Source: Lepidodermella squamata
Lineage: Eukaryota > Animalia > Gastrotricha
Assembly (NCBI GenBank): GCA_047495785.1
Contig: JBLDXI010000009.1
Coordinates: 2,294,001-2,358,000, forward strand
Direction: 5' to 3'
Length of the DNA stretch: 64,000 nucleotides
The notes beneath the pieces are model-generated. The model had not been told where the DNA came from, made no database searches, and saw nothing but the letters and a program-made list of their open reading frames with translations. A program made the translations under genes and the position numbers. This document shows positions 62,328 through 64,000 of the stretch, in pieces. Numbering within the stretch: the first letter of the stretch is position 1; the number at the start of each line of letters is the position of its first letter.

Positions 62328-63956
62328 TCAAATTGCAAGAAATGCCACTATCATTACTAAGACTGATGCTAGTTGAGATTGATGCAAAATGTCAGCTGAA
62401 TTTTTTTTCGGAATAACCGCGGACGGGAACCTCGTTACAGACTTGAAGCTTTCCAGAAACGTGTTCAGAGTCGCATCGACCTCCTCGCCCCCGAAAACAT
62501 CCGCGGCAGGAGCTGCTTTTATGCCAGTCACTATTGCGTCTTCAATGTCCGTTTTCGACAAGGCCAGGTCAGAATTTACCATGGACGCAAACATCAGCTG
62601 GAATTTGTCATTTCTGGAAAATAATCGAATTAATTTCAAATTGTTATCCTAAAAACGGGGTGGCTTACGTGTAAGTTATAGTTTTCAAGTCGACTTTACT
62701 CGCAGGCAAACCACCCGCTGCTAAAATAGTTCCCATTTGTCGTTCAAGAGTGCCACCGAGCGCCTTTATGACACCGTCAGTATTTTGCAAATCGCTGCTC
62801 GAAACTACGGTTCCATTTGGATAGACGAGTTTCGGTGCGTTCAAAATTGCCTCAACTTCTGGTAAAAAAAATAGGAATTAAGGTGAATTTTCATAAAATT
62901 ATGATGACTCACTTGATGTAACAGATGGGAAAGTAACTCCAGGTCGAGTTGAGGAGCGGAAAAATGACGTTGAAGGTGATTTTGACATGATGGCTTTTGT
63001 AGAGGTCGAGGTCAAGGTTGCCCTAGTCGAACTTGAGATAATTGTGGTTGTGGTTGACTGCGCTTGAGATGATGTGGTCGTTGAAGTAATCGAGCTCGTC
63101 ATATCTGGTCACAAAAATTGTTAAAAAAAAGGTCACAATTTCAGGAGAATTCAAACATACCGTAAATTTTAGCCGAGCAAGCCTTTTCAATTTTTTTGAG
63201 ATCTTCAACGCCGAGAGAAATCGAATAGATAGCGAGGCTCGAGATGGAAACACCAGGAATCAAATCGGAAACTTCTGGCGTTCGTCCAATCGCGAAGCTG
63301 TTCGAATTTTTGTAGAACGCCCCTCCGTTGATTTTTGTCGATGCCTGAGTCGCGGTATTCAAGTCGAGTTGAAGCGTTAGTTGTTGATTCGCCTCGTCGT
63401 AGGTGATCGATACGAAATGCCACTGGCCCGGAATCATCGCAATTTCTTTGCCAACGCTGAAACGCGTGTTGTCGTAGTTGAAGTAGTTCAAACTGATGGT
63501 CGGAATTCCGGCCGATGTTACGCTGATGGCGAGAGACAACGCGTATTTCGCCGAGCTTGGATCATTGACGGAAACGATGCTGTACTGCTTGTTCACGGTG
63601 GCTGATTTTGTCTCGGTGTATCGCAGGTAGAACGTCATGGTGAATGGTCTGTTATTCGCGAAAAGTGACGAAATTCGTTTGGTGTTATCCGAATAGACAG
63701 CGATAGGTCCCGGGTCAGATTTCAAGGAGATTGATCGACCAGGTTCCTGCGACGGACCAGAATCGGCATCAATTTGATAGTTTCCATTAAGGGCAGGTGT
63801 TTCTCCAATTATGACATCAGTGGTCTTCGAATTTTCGTCCAAAGGCCAAAATGCTAGCAGGTAGGATTTCAGTGGCATATCCACTGTTGTCGGATTGATA
63901 GCGGCCATTGTGTAGACCAGGCCGAGAAAAGTCAGGAAGATAGAGTTCGGAGACAT
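62328..63956 (-). CDS. Secreted/GPI-type surface protein: LamG/ConA-like jelly-roll domain + Ser/Thr stalk + membrane-proximal domain
   Basis: Signal peptide MSPNSIFLTFLGLVYTMAA; LamG_3-like motifs AFWPLDE, FTMTFYL, GQWHFVSITYD, FAIG..ISSLAIYSISL; S/T-rich exon 62913-63105; terminal hydrophobic LASVLVMIVAFLAI with no cytosolic tail. Confidence 0.82.
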
Positions 63957-64000
63957 TTTTTCTGCTAATCGCTGAGAGAATGATGATTTCGGAGCGCTTC

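Overview
Eukaryotic (invertebrate animal) genomic DNA, most likely a nematode: compact genes with many ~45-60 nt GT..AG introns and TTTCAG-like acceptors. There is no prokaryotic content, CRISPR array, rRNA or tRNA that I can support. All gene models were assembled by hand from splice signals and reading phase. (1) 1-18.5 kb is a tandem + strand array of six related single-pass membrane genes. Four are large: signal peptide, an aromatic/Cys-rich N-terminal domain I do not recognise, Thr-rich mucin tracts, Cys modules, an EGF-like and a TSP1 module, a SEA-like juxtamembrane domain (with an internal furin RxKR loop in three of the four), a Gly-rich TM and a conserved P-x-Y-P-x-Y-[YF]-G-x-Y tail. 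Two are miniature members with almost no ectodomain. This array is my best candidate for an undescribed receptor/proteolytic-switch system. (2) A 3x PAN/Apple surface protein gene (19.4-21.3 kb). (3) A KChIP-type EF-hand calcium sensor (36.5-37.4 kb) preceded by at least four phase-1-compatible candidate alternative first exons. (4) Four divergent nuclear receptors with an atypical C-x14-C first finger and CEACQ P-box (one lacks an LBD), next to a canonical NR1J/HR96-type receptor. (5) A large PAR-like bZIP gene and a LamG/mucin/GPI-type surface protein gene. Several MITE-like inverted-repeat elements are also present.
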